Shown here: positions 45,365 to 55,665 of the stretch, piece by piece | Numbering within the stretch: the first letter of the stretch is position 1 | How the letters are laid out: every line of letters starts with the position of its first letter | NCBI GenBank assembly: GCA_965226375.1 | Contig: CBDDCX010000008.1 | Span: 960,001 to 1,024,000 of the forward strand | Source of the DNA: Longimicrobiales bacterium | Lineage (GTDB): Bacteria; Gemmatimonadota; Gemmatimonadetes; Longimicrobiales; Gaopeijiaceae | Length of the DNA stretch: 64,000 nucleotides | Direction: 5' to 3' | Program-made: the position numbers and the translations under genes | Notes under the pieces: model-generated | What the model saw: only the letters and a program-made list of their open reading frames with translations | The model's database searches: none | Told to the model about the DNA's origin: nothing

Positions 45365-46704
45365 CCACGACGAAGCGAGGAGCCGTGACGAGAGTCCTGA
45401 CCCTGGCCGCCGCCGTGGCCGCAACCGCCGCCCTGTCGCCGTCCCCGGCGAGCGCACAGGTGCGGATGACCGTGCCACCCCAGTCCGAACCGGTGGCGCT
45501 CCAGGGGGCCACGATTCACACCGTGACCAGCGGCGTGATCGAGAACGGGACGATCCTCTTCGAGAATGGGCTTATCGTCGCCATCGGCACCGACGTGCGG
45601 ATCCCCGAAGGGACCCGGGTCGTGGATGTCTCCGGGAAACACATCTACCCCGGCCTCATCGACGCATATAGCACTGTGGGGATCAGTGAGATCGGCGCCG
45701 TGGGTGTCTCGAACGACATCAACGAACTGGGTGACTTCAATCCCAACGTCAGAGCCGACGTGGCGGTCAACGCCGAGAGTCGCCATATCGGCACGACCCG
45801 CTCCGCCGGTGTGCTCGTGACCATGACGACTCCAGGTGGTGGGCTCATCTCAGGCATGTCGTCGGCTCTCAGCCTGGAGGGTTGGACCTGGGAAGAGATG
45901 TCCATGGAGTCCGCGGCGGCCCTCAACGTGAACTGGCCGAACCCCAACCCCGGCCAGGGTCGCCGTTTCGGCACGCCGCAGGCGGAGCCGCTCCCCTACA
46001 CGGAGCAGGTCCAGCAACTCATGGATTTCTTTGCCGAGGCCCGGGCGTACCGAGATGCGGTCGCCGCAGGTGAAGAGGTCCGGACCGACTCACGCTACGC
46101 CGCGATGATCCGCGCGCTCGATCGGGCGATTCCCGTGGTAGTGAGCGCGGACGGTGCGGCCCAGATCAACGACGCCATCACATGGGCCAAGGAGGAAGAC
46201 CTCCGCCTCGTGATCAGGGGAGGAAGGGATGCGATTCACGTTGCGGATCGATTGGTGGCAAACGACATCCCGGTGATTCTCACGTCCACGATGGCTGCAC
46301 CTGGTCGGGACTACGAGGGGTACGACGGCAAGTACTCCATGCCGGCCCGTCTGTACGAAGCGGGGGTGCGGTTCGCCATTTCCGGTGGCGCCGGAGCCCT
46401 CTACAGCAATCGGTTGCCCTGGGAAGCCGGGGTTGCAGTGGCCTTTGGGCTCCCCGAGGAGGAGGCCCTCAAGGCGGTGACCATCAACGCGGCTGAGTTC
46501 ATGGGAATCGCCGACCGGGTCGGTTCACTAGAGCCCGGCAAGCAGGCCACGCTGCTCATTACTACCGGGACCCCCCTGGACATGACCTCAGATATCGAGC
46601 AGTCCTACATCCAGGGCCGCGAGATCGACATGATGGACATCCATAGGTGGTTCTTCGACAAGTACATGAAGAAGGTGCTGCAGTACCGGCGGTTGGTGAT
46701 GTAG
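45361..46704 (+). CDS. Amidohydrolase family partner subunit
   Basis: YPGLIDA, GSLEPGKQATL; coupled by ATGA overlap. Confidence 0.9.
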   Translation: MTTTKRGAVTRVLTLAAAVAATAALSPSPASAQVRMTVPPQSEPVALQGATIHTVTSGVIENGTILFENGLIVAIGTDVRIPEGTRVVDVSGKHIYPGLIDAYSTVGISEIGAVGVSNDINELGDFNPNVRADVAVNAESRHIGTTRSAGVLVTMTTPGGGLISGMSSALSLEGWTWEEMSMESAAALNVNWPNPNPGQGRRFGTPQAEPLPYTEQVQQLMDFFAEARAYRDAVAAGEEVRTDSRYAAMIRALDRAIPVVVSADGAAQINDAITWAKEEDLRLVIRGGRDAIHVADRLVANDIPVILTSTMAAPGRDYEGYDGKYSMPARLYEAGVRFAISGGAGALYSNRLPWEAGVAVAFGLPEEEALKAVTINAAEFMGIADRVGSLEPGKQATLLITTGTPLDMTSDIEQSYIQGREIDMMDIHRWFFDKYMKKVLQYRRLVM

Positions 46705-46848
46705 AGGGCTGCGGTGGGGGGGGCCGGGGGTGTCTGCGGAAGCTCCATACTACAATCGGTCTTTGGTCAGTGCGATCGGTGTAAAACACTGCCATAATTG
46801 CAGTTACGGCGTTTCGCTCAACGAAAACGTCAAGGAGACATCGCCCCC

Positions 46849-48195
46849 TCAATACCGCCAGCTCGCCAGATCGGCCCCCGCAGGCGCCGTTGCGAGGATC
46901 CTCGCTTGGAGCTGGTCGAACCAGTAGCGCCGATCGTGGCCGCTGTAGCAATGCGGCTGACGGTCGCCGTACTCGACCACGCCGCCGTAGTACGGGTTCG
47001 TGGTACTCTCGAGGAACTCCTCCAGAATGTAGACAGCGTTGTTCAGGTAGCCGTTGTCCATGTCTCCCATGTAGACGTGTAGCTTACCCTCGAGCTTGGG
47101 CCCCAGCGTCGCCCAGTCCCGTTGCAGGATATGCGTCAGGTCGTAGTTCTCGCGCCAGTACTCCACGACGTCGGGTCGGATCTCGCCGGTCCACTTGTCG
47201 TAGGGGTAGGCCGGATAACCGTCTTCACCCACGGGACCGAAGACGGCGGGCCAGATGTCGTGCTGGCCACCGGAGCGGCTGTTCGTTCCGATGACGAGCT
47301 CGATGTGGTTCCGCTCCTCGAACGTGTTCCGGAGCTCCCCGAGCGTGTTCCGGTATCCCGGCCGGTAGATCCGCCGCCACTCGGTCTCCTCGTAGTACGC
47401 GTTCTCCCCGTCATAGAGGGGGACGATGCGGTAGAAATGGAAATAGACGACGTCCGGGCAGGCCGCCCAGACTCCGTTGTACTCCTCCGGATAGAAGGTC
47501 TGGGCGCCGCGCACCTCCCAGCCGCCAGTCGAACCGCCGTGCATTCCGCGGGCCCACCCTTCCCCAATCCCTCGGAAGCGCCGCTCGATCGCGGGAATGA
47601 GCTCATAGGTGATCGCGTCGCCATAAGGACCAACGTTTGCCGAGTTCACGGCGTAGGAGTCGTCGTAGTAGGGATTTGCGTGCTGGATTTTGGCGTACAG
47701 CATCCGCGGGTACCCGGAGCCCGTCCACTCCTCGTAGAACGCGTAGTCGCGCTCCGCCCGCTCCCGCTCCGGACCCTCCAGGCCCGGCGCCGGAGGCGTC
47801 TCGCTGAACCCCCGGAACTCCCGGGCGAAGTGTCCGTGGTTGATCATCAGGGGATAACGGGCGTCAGGGTGATCCTGGTAGCCGCCCGGGAGAAGAACGA
47901 TCGCCCCGAGATGCATGGGCCGCCCCCAGAACTCCGTGAGCAGCTTGCTCTCGATCTGCACGTAGCGGATGTATTCGGTGTCCTCGTACGGGGGCAGAGG
48001 CGGGATCTCTCGGTCCAGACTGACGCGGATCACTTCGTCGTGGCCGGGATCGACGCGGATCCGCTGCGGCGTGCTGATCAGGTTGCCGGGTGCGATCTGC
48101 CATTGCTGCCCCTCTCCGCGGTCCATGGGGAGCCTGACGGTGTGCCCGTCGGCCCTCGTGAACGTCTCGTAGCGGTGAAGGAGCGCCTGCCCGGC
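46849..48195 (-). pseudogene. Putative esterase (alpha/beta hydrolase), 5' truncated
   Basis: GAIVLLPGGY, DDSYAVNSAN, GGSTGGW; no plausible start. Confidence 0.75.
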
Positions 48196-48244
48196 ACGTC
48201 GCGTCGGAAGCACGATGATGGCCCCGGGAGCCACGCGCGGTATC

Positions 48245-48759
48245 TCCAATCACGGCACGGTCCTGGTGAGCTTTGACGGCATCGACTACGTGAGCGACGC
48301 CCAGGCCGCCGGCTTCGAGGCTCTCCCTCTTCTACAGGGACAGGAAAGCCGCACCACAACAGGTATCCACTCCATGCGCGCGGCGCCGATCGAGAACGGC
48401 CATGAGATACACTTCTGGACCGGCCACATGCGCGAGAAGGAATTCCGATTCCAGACGGAGCCGGAGAACGATCCCGTCGACCACGCGCGCTTTCTCTCGC
48501 TATACGACCGGTCGGCGAACGCGGAGGGGTACAGCCCCTTCAACAGTGCCCTCTATATCTGCCGGCACTTCGAGGACTCGGTGCTGTCGATCCACGGCGG
48601 AAGCAAGGTCGCCGTCGCGGCGGACGGGTCGATTGCTTCCGAGGAGGTCGACGACGCGCAGACTCGGAAGCGCTAGTCGAGGAATTCGGGATTTCTGAGG
48701 AGGCGGTCGACGCGCTGCCCAAAGATGAGCCGCGCGGGCCGGACGTGGCGATCGCATGA
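48245..48759 (+). pseudogene. Arylamine N-acetyltransferase-like C-terminal fragment, frameshift near 48672
   Basis: NHGTVLV..DGIDY..DA, SPFN; tail LVEEFGISEE in the next frame. Confidence 0.6.
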
Positions 48760-48910
48760 TTTGGGCGACTCGCACTCCCCAAACCACGAGATGAAGGAAG
48801 GCTTCGGCGGCGGGCTTCAAGACTCGATCGCAAGCCGATCATGCACTGCTCTGAGCACGGTCTGGAGCTGGATCCGCTGTCCACCTGAAGGGCAGAATGA
48901 GGATTCAGGG

Positions 48911-50059
48911 TTAGCGAAAGCTTCCCAGCTCGCGCACGGTCTCGCTATCTAGGCGCCGAAGCGCTTCGATGAGTAGTTGGACCGCCTGATCGAAGTCCGA
49001 CCGCTGTATCACGCCCGTATGAGAATGGAGATAGCGCGTGGGTACCGTGATGTTCACCGACGGCCGACCCGAGTCGAAGCGTTGGATTTCGGCGCCGTCC
49101 TCGCCGTACCCGGTCAGGACGTCAGCTTGAAGGGGGATGTCCGCTTCGTCGGCGACCCGAAACATGAAGTCTCGGAGCTTCTTGTTGGGGATCATCGAGC
49201 TGTCCAATAGGAAGATCCCGGGACCGGACCCGAGCCGCTCCTGAGCTTGAGTCGGTCGCATGCCTGGGTAGTCGGCCGCGACCCCGGCCTCGATCGAAAT
49301 GCCCAGCTCAGGTTCAGCCAGGGCGACAGCGGTTCGAGCACCTCGCAGCCCGATTTCCTCCTGTGTCGTGGCCACCCAAACGACGTCAGCCGGCACCCGG
49401 ATTCCTTCGTCCCGGATACGTCTGGCGGCCACCAACATCACGGCAAGGCCTACTCGGTCGTCCCAGGCCTTCGCCGCGTATCGTTCGTTCGCCAAAACGG
49501 CAAAATCGCTGAGTGGAGCGATGCCATCGCCCGGTCTTACCCCCATCTCTTCGACTTCGGCTCTCGAGGTGGCTCCCACGTCCAGGAAGATCTCCTCGAG
49601 CGACCACACGCGATCTCGCTGTGCACCTGGTGTAACGTGCAATGTCCGGATGCCGCTGATGGCCATCACCGGACCGTCGCTCCCGAGGATCGTCCACCGC
49701 TGGTCTGGCAGAGCTTGTCTGAGCCAGCCACCGAGAGTTTTCACGCGGATGAAGCCATCGGGTGTGATGTGCTGAACCATGAGCCCGACTTCGTCGAGAT
49801 GCGCTGTGACCATGACCCTCGGACCATTCGATGCGCCCGGAGCCGTGGCGAGTACTGAACCCAGGCCGTCGAACCGCACCTCGGCGCCGAGGTCCTCGAA
49901 CTCCCGCACCACAATCTCTCTTACCGACTCTTCAAACGCCGACGGACCTGGTGCCTCAGTGAGCGCCCGCATCAGGTCGGCGGTCGCGTCGAGGGTCTGG
50001 CCGAAGGCGGGGGGTGTCACGAGGAATGCTGCCAAGACCAGCGTCCACGATCGATTCAT
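48911..50059 (-). CDS. M42 family metallopeptidase
   Basis: AHLDEVG, KAWDDRVG, TTQEEIGLRGA, PTRYLHS. Confidence 0.93.
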   Translation of the reverse strand: MNRSWTLVLAAFLVTPPAFGQTLDATADLMRALTEAPGPSAFEESVREIVVREFEDLGAEVRFDGLGSVLATAPGASNGPRVMVTAHLDEVGLMVQHITPDGFIRVKTLGGWLRQALPDQRWTILGSDGPVMAISGIRTLHVTPGAQRDRVWSLEEIFLDVGATSRAEVEEMGVRPGDGIAPLSDFAVLANERYAAKAWDDRVGLAVMLVAARRIRDEGIRVPADVVWVATTQEEIGLRGARTAVALAEPELGISIEAGVAADYPGMRPTQAQERLGSGPGIFLLDSSMIPNKKLRDFMFRVADEADIPLQADVLTGYGEDGAEIQRFDSGRPSVNITVPTRYLHSHTGVIQRSDFDQAVQLLIEALRRLDSETVRELGSFR

Positions 50060-50165
50060 CTGATTGGTTTTCGCCACGAATCCCCCTATGTAGGTTTCAT
50101 ATTCACTTATGGGTGTACTGGACCAGACACAATTTGCACCTATTCACTCTAGGCCCAGGACCCGC

Positions 50166-50714
50166 ATGCCGTCCAACCTGCCGGCCGAGATCGCGCGATC
50201 CTTGCTGCGTGAGCTCGATACCCTGCGACGTGAAGTTGAAGCGTACCCGGACGATGAGTCCGTCTGGGGCCTCCCGCCGGGCGCTCCCAACTCCGCCGGG
50301 ACGCTGACCCTGCACTTGGCCGGAAACCTTCAGCACTACGTGGGTGCGCTCCTTGGTGGCACGGGTTACGTGCGGGATCGCGACGCGGAGTTCGCGACAC
50401 GTGGTCTCACCCGTCAAACCCTGATCGACCACGTGGCTTCGGCCGAACGAGCCATCGCCTCCGTCCTCCCGACGCTACCTGAGTCGAGACTGACAGATCC
50501 CTTCCCGGAAGCGATGCGCGGTGAGACCCTCTCTACGAGAGAGGCTCTACACCATGTGGCAACCCATCTGGCCTATCACGTCGGCCAGATCGACTACCAC
50601 CGCCGGATTGTTACGGGAGATCCCCAAGGAGTCGACGCGGTTTCACCTGCCGCGCTCAAAGCGCGGGGCCCAGGTGAGCCGGGTGCGGGTGCCGAGGCTC
50701 AGGGGTCGCCGTAG
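50166..50714 (+). CDS. DinB/DUF1572 family protein
   Basis: NSAGTL..HLAGNL, RDRDAEF, HLAYHVGQI. Confidence 0.88.
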   Translation: MPSNLPAEIARSLLRELDTLRREVEAYPDDESVWGLPPGAPNSAGTLTLHLAGNLQHYVGALLGGTGYVRDRDAEFATRGLTRQTLIDHVASAERAIASVLPTLPESRLTDPFPEAMRGETLSTREALHHVATHLAYHVGQIDYHRRIVTGDPQGVDAVSPAALKARGPGEPGAGAEAQGSP

Positions 50715-51793
50715 ATCCCCGTCTGTGGGAACGTCAGCGAGAAGCCGTACCAACGCGTAAAGACCTGAAGAGGACGCTCGATCCGGGCGCGTTCGCCCGA
50801 TGCATCGTGGAAGATGGCGTTTTCGATGTACGATCCGTCCGAAAATCGGAGCGTCCTGTCGTCCCAACTGAAGTCGTCCGCGTCCGTGTACGCCGCGGCG
50901 AGGGCATACGCCGAGGGGTCCAGGTAGATCACCACCTGACGCCCTCCGAAGTTGTCGAACACGGCGTTGCCGCTCTCGACGACTTCGTCGTACGGGTAGT
51001 AGCGTGCCAGTTCACCGTCCCAGATGCCCATGCCGATATCCATCGTCGGCCTGCGCGCGTCTTCCTCGTTCACCGTCGCTCGAAACATGCGGTTCAGACG
51101 GCCGCCGACGCGACGGATCAGGCTCCCTGTCGTCATCTGCTCGTCCGTGCGGATCGCCCGATCCGAGATCGTCACCAATGCGTCTCGGTCCAGATCAAGC
51201 ACCTGCGCCACGGTCGTTTGCATCAGGTTTGACACCTCGAGCCGGGCGCCGGTCAGCGGGCCATATACCGCTTCACCGGTCATATGGTCCCAGTAGGTTT
51301 CGCTCTCTTCGTCCCTCATGAGGAACAGCCCATCGTACAGACCGTGCTCGGCGAACCAGTGAACCCTGCCGTCCACGCTTGGAGTCATCCTGACCCCTGT
51401 GTTACAGATCACTCAGAAGGTGACCATCCACGGTTCGCCCTCGATCTCACCCTGCGCGACGTGGTGGTACGACATCTGGCTGGAGACCAGCGCGAGGGTC
51501 TTTCCCGCCATTTGGAACGAGACCACAGTGGTCTCGTCGGTGACGTCCCCTGCACGGCGGGCAGCCCGTAGCGACTTCCATTCGGGATCTCGGAGGGGGA
51601 TGAAGTTCGGTCGGGCCCAGAAGATCGCCCTGTCGGTGTCGAATCCCTCCTTGCGCGGCGTATCAGGATCCGCCTCGAGCCGCTGATCGAACTGTGCAGC
51701 GAGCGGGGCGGCGGCGAACGACGCGATCGCCAGAGTGACCACCATGAGCATACCAAGCCGCTTGCGGTCGACGTCGGGTAGCTGCTTGCTCAT
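50699..51793 (-). CDS. DUF3179 family putative selenoprotein (Sec at TGA 51413-51415, codon 127)
   Basis: Two in-frame ORFs joined by one TGA give VTF-U-VI-C-NTG; downstream hairpin. Confidence 0.85.
51381..51397 (-). promoter_or_regulatory. Bacterial SECIS-like hairpin
   Basis: GGGGUCA-GGA-UGACUCC with loop G at +23 after UGA. Confidence 0.7.
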
Positions 51794-51944
51794 GGACACT
51801 CCGTGGCGGAAAAGTCGATATGCTCGGGACGAAGATGTGGGCGGATCAGGCGCTTGTATAGTGAATCGCTGAGGATGTACGCCCGTTCCCGTAGAATTGT
51901 TGCTGGCCCGGGCACAGGCGCGTCCGGCTCAGGCGCTGGAATCC

Positions 51945-53198
51945 TCAGGGTTCCCCGATCGACGCCATGCCGATGTCGGCGAGAGTGGGAGTCCCCATCA
52001 ACCCCATCGTGGTCTTCAACTCGTCGGTCAGGATCTGCAGCGTCCGTTCGACACCTTCCTGCCCGAAGGCACCGAGGCCCCACAAGTAAGGACGTCCGAC
52101 GGCGACCGCAGTGGCGCCCAGCGCCAGGGCCTTGAAGATATCCGTGCCGCGCCGAAATCCACTGTCCACGATAACGGGCAAGCGACCCCGTACGGCTTCC
52201 ACGACTTCCGGTAGAGAATCGATCGTAGCGCGCCCGCTATCAGATGCCCGCCCTCCGTGGTTCGATACCCACACGCCGTCGCATCCGTAGCGGACACATA
52301 GTTCAGCATCCTCTCGAGTGACGATCCCTTTTACCAGGAGCTTGAGGTCGGTGGTTTCGCGGAGACGGGCGAGGAAGTCCCACGTCAGGTTCGATGACCC
52401 CCAGTCCTCTTCAGTCATGTTCGTGCCTTCGTACATCGGCTTTACGGGAGGCGCCATGCCTCCCTCCACATGACAGCTGGCGCAGTCCCTGGGGTCGATG
52501 CGAGACCAGCGCTCGACCGTCTCGCGGTTCGTAGTGACGGGCAGGTCGACGGTGAATACCAAGGCTGGACATCCAGCTCTTTCCACCCGACGCACGATTC
52601 GCTCCGCCACATCCCAATTGTTGGTTGCATATAGCTGGTACCAAACCGGTTCTCCACGTGCCTCGTTGACCGCCTCGACAGCGGTTGAGGAGACGGAAGA
52701 CAGGACTTGAAGGTGGCCCTGTGATCGGGCCGCGCGAGCGGTCGCCAATTCCCCCTCAGCGTGAAACCCCCTCTGGCTTCCCGCGGGTGCGACCACGATC
52801 GGAGTCGGCCATTCGACGCCGAAGAGCTCCGTGGAGGTATCGATGTGGGCAACGTCCACCAGGCGACGAGGCCTCAAGTAGATGCCTTCGAAGGCCGTGC
52901 GGTTCGCCTTCAGCGTTCGCTCCCCATCCACGCCCGTCTGGAGATAGCCCCAATGGGCCGGGGGGATGTTCTGACTGGCCACAGCCTCCATGTCGAAGAC
53001 GTCCAGGGCGTCCTCAGCCGACGTTACCAGGGCGTCCAGGGCGGCTCGGACACCGTCAGCATCCTGCGTCGCACCGCTCCCGTCCGAAGAGGCATTCTCG
53101 CACGCCGTCAGGTATGCAAAGAGTGGGCTGGCGGCGAGCCAGTGAAGAAAAGCGCGACGGTCGGGGCCACTAGATATACCAGAAATTCTCACGGACAT
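51945..53198 (-). CDS. FMN-dependent alpha-hydroxy acid oxidase/dehydrogenase, Tat-like signal
   Basis: WYQLY, TVDLP, VKGI, VSNHGGR, DSGFRRGTD, GRPYLWGL. Confidence 0.93.
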   Translation of the reverse strand: MSVRISGISSGPDRRAFLHWLAASPLFAYLTACENASSDGSGATQDADGVRAALDALVTSAEDALDVFDMEAVASQNIPPAHWGYLQTGVDGERTLKANRTAFEGIYLRPRRLVDVAHIDTSTELFGVEWPTPIVVAPAGSQRGFHAEGELATARAARSQGHLQVLSSVSSTAVEAVNEARGEPVWYQLYATNNWDVAERIVRRVERAGCPALVFTVDLPVTTNRETVERWSRIDPRDCASCHVEGGMAPPVKPMYEGTNMTEEDWGSSNLTWDFLARLRETTDLKLLVKGIVTREDAELCVRYGCDGVWVSNHGGRASDSGRATIDSLPEVVEAVRGRLPVIVDSGFRRGTDIFKALALGATAVAVGRPYLWGLGAFGQEGVERTLQILTDELKTTMGLMGTPTLADIGMASIGEP

Positions 53199-53241
53199 CC
53201 TCGGGCTTTGGTCTATTGGGATACCACGCCGGCGAATAGTC

Positions 53242-54177
53242 TTACGGCTCAATCTTTTGCGTAACCACGAACCGCGTCCCCCCCGCGTTGACGTCGTACT
53301 CGGGATTGTAGGACGTCATCGTGTTGTCGGCTCCCATACCAACCTGCTCGCCGGAGAAGAGCATTCGAGGCGCTCCGGAAGAGAATCCCCCGTCGGCCGT
53401 GTACTCGACGGCCATCAGCGAATTTCCTTCCCAGTAGAACAGCTCGTCATCACTCCACTTGGGCCAGGTACCACCGTTGGTCGACACCTTCCATCGGGCG
53501 TCGGACCTCGGGAATGTTGTCACGTAGATCTCGGTCTCGCCGGTCTGGTTGGACTGGTATGCGACGAAGTGGCCGTCACGAGACAAGCGGGCCAGCGCCT
53601 GAATCCCATCATCGTCGACCAGCACTCCCGTTTCCCCACTCGAGACGCTGACGTACCAGAGATCCCGGGCCTGCGTATCCGGATCGTTCGTATGGAAGAC
53701 CACGGTCGACGCGTCCGGCGTCCACGAAGGATACCACTTGTGCATGCCCTCGCTCTCGATGAGCGGGACATCACCGCCGGAGCCGTTCGCTGCACGGACA
53801 TACAAGTTCGAAACGCCGCCCGGCTTCTGGATCGAGTAGGCGATACGTGCACCGTCGGGAGACCAGATCATGTGCCGCTCGAACCCTTCATTGGTGGTGA
53901 GCCGGTCCGCGCCTCTGCCCTCGAGGAGGTACAGATGGTCCGTTTCTCCCGGTATCGCCCGGCCTCGGATCAGTACCTGCGCCCCGTCCGGGGAGATGGA
54001 GGGATCGAGGATCGAATTCATTCGTGGACCGATGGCCTCCTGAACGTTACCGGCCCGGTCGACCCAAACGAGCTGCCGAACGGGTGGGGCTTGGTCCTGT
54101 CCCCGTGCCTCGAGCGGTTTCTGATGCACGACGAGCGCGGCGAGCGCGATGAGGGGAATCGCAACGTGGGGCTTCAT
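53242..54177 (-). CDS. Secreted TolB/PD40 beta-propeller protein
   Basis: GAGGAG RBS, signal peptide, LVWVDRAG, SPDG repeats. Confidence 0.8.
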   Translation of the reverse strand: MKPHVAIPLIALAALVVHQKPLEARGQDQAPPVRQLVWVDRAGNVQEAIGPRMNSILDPSISPDGAQVLIRGRAIPGETDHLYLLEGRGADRLTTNEGFERHMIWSPDGARIAYSIQKPGGVSNLYVRAANGSGGDVPLIESEGMHKWYPSWTPDASTVVFHTNDPDTQARDLWYVSVSSGETGVLVDDDGIQALARLSRDGHFVAYQSNQTGETEIYVTTFPRSDARWKVSTNGGTWPKWSDDELFYWEGNSLMAVEYTADGGFSSGAPRMLFSGEQVGMGADNTMTSYNPEYDVNAGGTRFVVTQKIEP

Positions 54178-54250
54178 GGTGTCTCCTCGTAGGGAATAGG
54201 CGGTACGACCTACGTGTATCATGAGGGCCCCGTAAAGGCCAGCACTGGTT

Positions 54251-54643
54251 TCAGTGCGAGACCGCGGTAGTGACAGGCGCTCCCACGGTCTTGATGATGT
54301 GCACCAAGAACTTGGCAGGCTCGGTATCGCTGGCATTCGCTGACACCGCGTGGATGTCGTCGGGGGTCTCATAGAATACTTCGCCGGGAGACAACGTCAT
54401 TAGCTCGCCTCCGGCGACCTGCATGTTCACCTGGCCTTCCAGTACGTATACGACCACATGGGCGTTGTGGCGATGGGGATTCGACGTCTGTCCCGGCGCG
54501 AGGTCCACTTCGACGACCAGGAGTTCTTGGTTGTCGGGCAGGTCGGGCAGCGGCACGTTGAGCAACTGGGCTTCGGCCGGGCTGATCAGGGAGCTGATGC
54601 CGATCGAAATCAGCAGAACGCCTGCCTTGAGAATATGCTGCAT
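54251..54643 (-). CDS. Cupin domain protein
   Basis: PHRHNAHVVVYVLEG, FYETPDDIH. Confidence 0.9.
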   Translation of the reverse strand: MQHILKAGVLLISIGISSLISPAEAQLLNVPLPDLPDNQELLVVEVDLAPGQTSNPHRHNAHVVVYVLEGQVNMQVAGGELMTLSPGEVFYETPDDIHAVSANASDTEPAKFLVHIIKTVGAPVTTAVSH

Positions 54644-54665
54644 CGGGCTGCTTCTCCTTTCGTGG

Positions 54666-55412
54666 TTAGCGGCGGAACCTCGGCCACCAAAGCTGGTAAA
54701 GCGCGGTCGAGATCATGAAGCCCGAAGCAGCCGCATAGCCGAATCCTCCGAGCAGGGTCAGGTACGCCGCGGACGGAACCCACTTCGTTGCCCACCATGA
54801 GAATACGTCGATGCACAGAAATAAATACGGGGACGCTACGGCGGCGATGCGAAGCCAACCTGGAATACCCGTTGCCTGAACGAAAATGAGACAGACAAAG
54901 AAGAAGATGAATGCGATGCCGAAGAGGTGGATGTGGGAAACGCGCGCCAGCGTCGGCACGGTGGCACCTTCATCGATCTGCGAGACCGACTTGATCCCTT
55001 CGTAGCTTCGGTACTCCACCAGTCCGGGTAACGTACCGTGGCACCGCGTGCAGTTAGCGGCGACGACCTCGCGAATTTCTGATTCCCACCCGTCACGTGG
55101 GGACCTCGCCCGGACCCACTTGATGATCGCCGCCCGATCTTGCTCAGAAGCCATGAGCTTCATCGAGCCTTGGAGCTTGGCCTCGATTCGGCTACCCTCA
55201 CGATTGCCGTAGTAGCTGTACACAATGTCGTCCACCGAGAGCCCTAACTTCCCGTCCGCCATTCCGTGCGTGAGAAGTATCTGGGCGAACGACATGAGAA
55301 GACCGACTCCAATGACCAACAGGTAGCCCGTGAAGAGAGCCCGCAGCGCGGGATCAGCTCTCGCCAGCGGCGCTCCCCACTGAACGCGATCGGAATCGCG
55401 ACCGTCAGCCAT
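54666..55412 (-). CDS. Membrane protein with c-type haem motif
   Basis: CTRCH, SHIHLFGI, several TM helices. Confidence 0.75.
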   Translation of the reverse strand: MADGRDSDRVQWGAPLARADPALRALFTGYLLVIGVGLLMSFAQILLTHGMADGKLGLSVDDIVYSYYGNREGSRIEAKLQGSMKLMASEQDRAAIIKWVRARSPRDGWESEIREVVAANCTRCHGTLPGLVEYRSYEGIKSVSQIDEGATVPTLARVSHIHLFGIAFIFFFVCLIFVQATGIPGWLRIAAVASPYLFLCIDVFSWWATKWVPSAAYLTLLGGFGYAAASGFMISTALYQLWWPRFRR

Positions 55413-55587
55413 GCGTTGCAGCTCCTACCTATTGCAGTATGTGAGTGGGCATTCATTCACCACGCACCCACCGCCGATCGATGGGCATACGTAGCCCTTG
55501 TTGACACTCCCCGAATGGTGGTGCCGAAGTGGCTGAAAATCCAGATACGCCTTGTGGCTTCGCACACCATAGACGCATTTTGCGGCC

Positions 55588-55665
55588 ATGTCCGACCTCA
55601 CCGCCCGTCTGAACTCCACCCCCGACGACCGCTACGTCGTCGTGCGCTCCGGGGACACGACCTAA
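55588..55665 (+). pseudogene. Ser/Thr kinase 5' stub
   Basis: MSDLTARLNSTPDDRYVVVR; upstream 48 nt match 30898-30945 at 38/48. Confidence 0.75.
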
